This document shows, piece after piece, positions 59,924-64,000 of a stretch of 64,000 bases of DNA (positions within the stretch are counted from its first letter, which is position 1; every line of letters begins with the position of its first letter). The notes below the pieces were generated by a model. That model saw only the letters and a program-made list of their open reading frames with translations, ran no database searches and was not told the origin of the DNA. Origin of the DNA: an uncultured Reyranella sp. (GTDB lineage Bacteria > Pseudomonadota > Alphaproteobacteria > Reyranellales > Reyranellaceae); assembly GCA_937915145.1 (NCBI GenBank), contig CALDNT010000059.1, positions 3,474-67,473 of the forward strand. Reading direction: 5' to 3'. A program made the position numbers and the translations under genes.

Positions 59924-60244
59924 ATGAGTGACGCGCTCGATGTGCTGGACCAGGTCGGCAAATGGAAAAATTCGGGCAAGGGGGTCGCGGTGGCCACGGT
60001 GATCACCACCTGGGGGTCGTCGCCACGTCCGGTGGGCAGCCAGCTCGGCGTTGACGAGTCGGGAGCGATGGTCGGCTCCGTCTCCGGCGGCTGCATCGAA
60101 GGGGCCGTCGTCAAGGAAGCCCTGGCGGCGATTGCCGATGGCAAGCCGCGGCTGCTCGATTTCGGCGTCACCGACGAGCAAGCCTGGGATGTCGGCCTTG
60201 CCTGCGGCGGCAAGGTCCAGGTGTTCGTCGAGAAAGTGAGTTGA
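59924..60244 (+). CDS. XdhC/CoxI-family protein (N-terminal-domain-only)
   Basis: …VAVATVITTWGSSPRPVGSQL.V...G...GSVSGGCIE… is the XdhC_CoxI domain. ATG at 59924. Confidence 0.8.
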   Translation: MSDALDVLDQVGKWKNSGKGVAVATVITTWGSSPRPVGSQLGVDESGAMVGSVSGGCIEGAVVKEALAAIADGKPRLLDFGVTDEQAWDVGLACGGKVQVFVEKVS

Positions 60245-60248
60245 TCCG

Positions 60249-60977
60249 ATGAAAGCCGAAACAGTCACCGCCCTGCAGGCGGCCCGCGTCGAGCGCCGTG
60301 CTGTGGTGCTGGCGACGCGCCTCAGCGACGCCAGCGAAACCCTGATCTATCCGGACCGAGCGGAGGGCGCGCTTGCCAGCGATGCAACGCTGCTGGCTGC
60401 GGCGCATCGGGCGATGGAGATCGGCCGCAGCGAGACGGTCGATCTCGGTGGCCAGAAGATCTTCCTGAATGTCTACGTCCCGCCGGCGCGACTGATCATC
60501 GTCGGCGCCGTGCATATCGCCCAGTCGCTGGCGCCGATGGCGTCGCTGATGGATTTCGACGTGACCGTGATCGATCCACGCCGCGCCTTCGCCACCGACA
60601 GCCGATTCCCCGGTGTAAAAGTGATGCAGGAATGGGCCGACGAAGCGTTCGAGAAAATGGGCCTCGATTCCTCGACCGCCGTTGTCACGCTGACCCATGA
60701 CCCCAAGCTCGACGACCCGGCGCTGGAATACGCGCTGAGATCCGACGTCTTCTATGTCGGTGCGCTCGGCAGTCGCAGAACCCACGCCAAGCGCCAGGAA
60801 CGGCTGACCGAAGCAGGCATCTCCGCCGAGCAATTCGCCCGCATCCACGGCCCGGTCGGGCTGAACATCGGCGCCAAGTCACCGGCCGAGATCGCGGTGT
60901 CCATCCTGGGCCAGATCGTCGAGGTGCGGGCGCGCCGGCTCGAGGCTCTGGCCGGCCCGAAGGTGGTCGCGGCGTGA
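60249..60977 (+). CDS. XdhC-family protein (with Rossmann-like C-terminal domain)
   Basis: RLIIVGAVHIAQSLAPMA...VTVIDPR..F......F......THD.KLD..AL...L.S...YVGALGSRRTH. Confidence 0.8.
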   Translation: MKAETVTALQAARVERRAVVLATRLSDASETLIYPDRAEGALASDATLLAAAHRAMEIGRSETVDLGGQKIFLNVYVPPARLIIVGAVHIAQSLAPMASLMDFDVTVIDPRRAFATDSRFPGVKVMQEWADEAFEKMGLDSSTAVVTLTHDPKLDDPALEYALRSDVFYVGALGSRRTHAKRQERLTEAGISAEQFARIHGPVGLNIGAKSPAEIAVSILGQIVEVRARRLEALAGPKVVAA

Positions 60978-62626
60978 GATTCGGCGAGACGCCCATCGAC
61001 GAAGCAACAGGCGCCATTCTGGGCCATAGCTGGCGCTCGAGCGGGGTCAATTTCGCCAAAGGCCGGACGCTGTCTGCCGGCGACGTCGCGAGACTCAAGG
61101 CCGCCGGTGCCGCGACGATCGTGGCCGCAAGACTTGATCGCGACGACATCCATGAAGACGAGGCGGCGGCGACGGTTGCCAAGGCTCTGGCCGGCGAAGG
61201 CATTGAAGTCACGGCACCTTTCACTGGGCGGTGCAATCATTTTGCCAGCTCGGCGGGTTTGGCGGTCGTCGATCATGAACGTATCGACGCGCTGAACGAA
61301 CTCGACGAGTCGGTCACCGTGGCCACGGTGCCGCCTTTCGCGCGCGTCGAGCCGCGCCAGATGGTGGCGACGGTGAAGATCATTCCCTATGGAGCACCAC
61401 GCGCCGCGGTGGATCGTGCGGTCGAAGTCGCACATTCCGCCAATCGACCGCTCATCTCGGTGGCGCCGTTCCGGGCGATGCGGGCCGGATTGGTGCAGAC
61501 AAAGCTGCCGGGCACGCGCGACAAGGTACTCGACAAGGCGGTCGGCACGACGACCAAGCGCCTGACTTCCCTTGGCAGCAGCTTGAATGGCGAACGCCGC
61601 GTCGCGCACGACGCCAAAGCCATCGCGGGGGCGTTGAAGGAATTGAAGGCGGAAGGTTGCGATCTCTTCCTGATCGCCGGCGCGTCGGCGATCGTGGATC
61701 GTCACGACGTCGTGCCGCTCGGCATCGCCGAGGCCGGCGGCGAGATCCATCATTTCGGCATGCCGGTGGATCCCGGCAATCTGCTGCTGACGGCCGAACT
61801 CGACGGCAAGCCTGTGCTTGGCCTTCCGGGGTGCGCGAAGTCACCGAAATACAACGGCTTCGACATGGTGCTGGAACGGCTCGCCGCGGGGTTGACCGTC
61901 GGCCGGGCAGAGATCGTCAGGATGGGCGCCGGTGGCCTGTTGGCCGAGATCGCGAGCCGGCCGCAGCCGCGCGACGATGAACCGTCGGAAAGCGAGGGTC
62001 CGCAGCAGGCGCCGCGCGTCGCGGTCCTTGTGCTGGCGGCCGGCCGGTCGACACGGATGGGCGGCCCCAACAAGATGCTGGCCGATGCCAAGGGCGAGGC
62101 TTTGGTTGTCCATGCCGTGAAGGCCGCGCTCGAGTCGCAAGCCGTCGAGATCACGGTGGTTTTGGGCCACATGGCAGGCGAGGTGAGAGCCGCAATAGAG
62201 AGCGCCATTCCCGGTCGGTCGCGCCTGCGCTTCGTCACCAATCCCGATTTTGCCGAAGGTCTCAGCACGTCGGTGCGAACCGGCATTGCGGCACTCAGCA
62301 CCAACATCGACGCAGCCGTTGTTCAGCTCGGCGACATGCCTGGCGTCGGATCCGGCCTGCTCAACCGGCTGATCGCAGCCTTCAGTCCTGTCGAAGGGCG
62401 CGCCATTTGCGTGCCCACGGTCGGCGGCAAGCGCGGCAACCCGGTACTGTGGGCGCGGCGGTTTTTTCCTGAAATGGCCGTCCTGTCCGGCGACAGCGGT
62501 GCCAAGCACCTGATTGGCGAGCATGCCGATCTGGTTTGCGAGGTCGAGATGGCCGGCGAGGCGGCGATCACCGATATCGATACACCCGAGGCGCTGACGG
62601 CCTGGCGGGCGCGGAGCCCGGCATGA
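60974..62626 (+). CDS. fusion protein: molybdopterin-binding (MoCF-biosynthesis) domain + MobA/MocA-like nucleotidyltransferase domain
   Basis: The central part has an MoCF_BD-like region (DLFLIAGASAIVDRHDVV...PVDPGNLLL...LPG). The C-terminus reads VLVLAAGRSTRMGGPNKML...LGDMP, like MobA/MocA. GTG start overlaps the upstream stop. Confidence 0.7.
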   Translation: MRFGETPIDEATGAILGHSWRSSGVNFAKGRTLSAGDVARLKAAGAATIVAARLDRDDIHEDEAAATVAKALAGEGIEVTAPFTGRCNHFASSAGLAVVDHERIDALNELDESVTVATVPPFARVEPRQMVATVKIIPYGAPRAAVDRAVEVAHSANRPLISVAPFRAMRAGLVQTKLPGTRDKVLDKAVGTTTKRLTSLGSSLNGERRVAHDAKAIAGALKELKAEGCDLFLIAGASAIVDRHDVVPLGIAEAGGEIHHFGMPVDPGNLLLTAELDGKPVLGLPGCAKSPKYNGFDMVLERLAAGLTVGRAEIVRMGAGGLLAEIASRPQPRDDEPSESEGPQQAPRVAVLVLAAGRSTRMGGPNKMLADAKGEALVVHAVKAALESQAVEITVVLGHMAGEVRAAIESAIPGRSRLRFVTNPDFAEGLSTSVRTGIAALSTNIDAAVVQLGDMPGVGSGLLNRLIAAFSPVEGRAICVPTVGGKRGNPVLWARRFFPEMAVLSGDSGAKHLIGEHADLVCEVEMAGEAAITDIDTPEALTAWRARSPA

Positions 62627-63843
62627 GTTTCGACGGTGCCGCTGTTCGCGGACAATTCCCGATTCTGGCAGAGATGATCGACGGCAAGCCGGTCCATTAT
62701 CTCGACAATGGCGCATCGGCGCAGACGCCTGACGCCGTGCTCGATGCCGTGCGGACCTACGAGACCACCGGCCGTGCCAACGTACTACGGGGTGTGCATC
62801 GCCTCGCCGAGCGGGCGACGGACGCCTACGAGAACGCACGCGTCGACGTCGCGGCGTTCCTGGGCGTTCCGCCGCTGGAGGTCGTGTTCACCGGCGGCTG
62901 CACCGCGGCGATCAATCTCGTGGCCTATTCCTACGGTTCCCTCCTGAAGCCCGGCGATCGCATCCTGCTGTCGGAACTGGAGCACCATTCCAACATCGTG
63001 CCGTGGCAGATGTTGCGTTCCCGCGCCGGCATCGAGCTCGACATGATCCCGGTGACGCTGGATGGCCGTATCGACCTCGACAAATTGCCGGGGCTTCTTT
63101 CACCCAGGACCAAGCTGATCTCTCTCGCTCACGTCTCCAATGTGACCGGGGCGATGGTCGATGTCGGCGCCGTCGTTGCTGCCGCCAGGACTGTCGGCGC
63201 CAGGGTCATGCTCGACGGCGCGCAGCGTGCACCCCACGGCCCGATCGACCTGGCCGCGCTTGGCGTCGATTTCTATGTCTTCGCCGGGCACAAATCCTAT
63301 GGGCCCAACGGCATCGGCGTGCTGTGGGCCAAGGCCGAGCTGCTGGAGGCCATGCCGCCCTTCATGGGCGGCGGTTCGATGATCGGCCGCGTTACGCTGG
63401 CGGAGACGACCTGGGCGCCGCCGCCGCGCCGCTTCGAGGCCGGCACGCCGCCGATCGGGCCTGCGATCGGCCTCGGTGCCGCCTGCAAGTGGATGATGGC
63501 GCTGGACTGGACGGGGGCGCATGCCCACGAAATGACGATGGTCCAGCAGCTGATGGATGGCTTGCAGAAGATCGATGGCACCCGGATCTTCGGCCCGGCC
63601 GGGCTGCAGAACCGCTATCCCGTCGTGTCGTTCATGCTGGATGGCGTGCACCCACACGACGTCGCCCAGACGCTGGATTCCTTCGGCGTTGCCGTGCGTG
63701 CCGGCCATCATTGCGCCCAGCCGCTGATGGACCGCTTCGATCTCGACGGCACGACCCGGGTCTCGATGGCACCGTACAACGACCGGACCGACATCGACGC
63801 CCTGCTGACCGGCGTGCGCCACGCCGCCCGGACCCTGCGATGA
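62623..63843 (+). CDS. sufS: cysteine desulfurase, SufS-like (class V aminotransferase, group II)
   Basis: HYLDNGASAQTP, LEHHSNIVPWQ, FAGHKSYGPNGIG (PLP Lys) and RAGHHCAQPLM (active-site Cys loop). ATG 62623 overlaps the upstream stop (ATGA). Confidence 0.85.
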   Translation: MSFDGAAVRGQFPILAEMIDGKPVHYLDNGASAQTPDAVLDAVRTYETTGRANVLRGVHRLAERATDAYENARVDVAAFLGVPPLEVVFTGGCTAAINLVAYSYGSLLKPGDRILLSELEHHSNIVPWQMLRSRAGIELDMIPVTLDGRIDLDKLPGLLSPRTKLISLAHVSNVTGAMVDVGAVVAAARTVGARVMLDGAQRAPHGPIDLAALGVDFYVFAGHKSYGPNGIGVLWAKAELLEAMPPFMGGGSMIGRVTLAETTWAPPPRRFEAGTPPIGPAIGLGAACKWMMALDWTGAHAHEMTMVQQLMDGLQKIDGTRIFGPAGLQNRYPVVSFMLDGVHPHDVAQTLDSFGVAVRAGHHCAQPLMDRFDLDGTTRVSMAPYNDRTDIDALLTGVRHAARTLR

Positions 63844-64000
63844 GCGACCAGCTCTACCAGGACCGGATCGTGGCACTTGCAAAGGCCAGGACCGGGGCAG
63901 GCAAACTGGCGGCGCCGACCAAGTCGGTACGCCGCGACAATCCGTTGTGCGGCGACAGGGTGACCATCGATGTCCTCCTCGACGGCCAGGGACGGATCGC
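63840..64000 (+). CDS. SufU/IscU-type Fe-S scaffold / sulfur acceptor (3' end outside window)
   Basis: MSDQLYQDRIVALAKAR..GKL.....SVRRDNPLCGDRVTIDV. ATGA overlap with sufS. Confidence 0.7.
   Translation, partial: MSDQLYQDRIVALAKARTGAGKLAAPTKSVRRDNPLCGDRVTIDVLLDGQGRI

Overview
Visibly GC-rich chromosomal segment. Gene content and order point to an alphaproteobacterium: pcm-tolC-popZ(DUF2497)-valS synteny, an NDUFS4-like 'ETC complex I subunit', a two-domain cold-shock protein, and a TPP-riboswitch-controlled thiXYZ-like transporter. I can support about 70 protein-coding genes, 4 tRNAs (Pro-UGG, Arg-UCU, Asn-GUU, Cys-GCA), one TPP riboswitch, one clean intrinsic terminator and one ~130-bp palindromic REP/MITE-like element. 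I saw no CRISPR array, rRNA, transposase or integrase. Most content is housekeeping or central metabolism (fhs, valS, parE, pyrD, hisI, metC, prpB, rbsK, kdgK, tolC). Many long ORFs in the six-frame track are antisense shadows of real genes, as expected for GC-rich DNA, and were discarded. Several real genes start well inside the listed ORF, so I re-derived their starts from the sequence. Items worth a second look: (1) an AhpD/CMD-family gene whose in-frame TGA sits exactly on the second Cys of the CxxCxxxH active-site motif, followed by a G-rich-loop hairpin, making it a candidate selenoprotein; (2) a co-directional hisI-lipoprotein-MFS-ATP-grasp-like ligase-MFS string with no obvious known pathway; (3) a translationally coupled MoxR/VWA(CoxE-like)/XdhC/MocA-fusion/SufS/SufU operon with no molybdo-hydroxylase structural genes in view; (4) a frameshifted O-methyltransferase; (5) an orphan terminase-small-subunit-like HTH gene. 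All family assignments come from motif-level reading of the translations, not from database searches.
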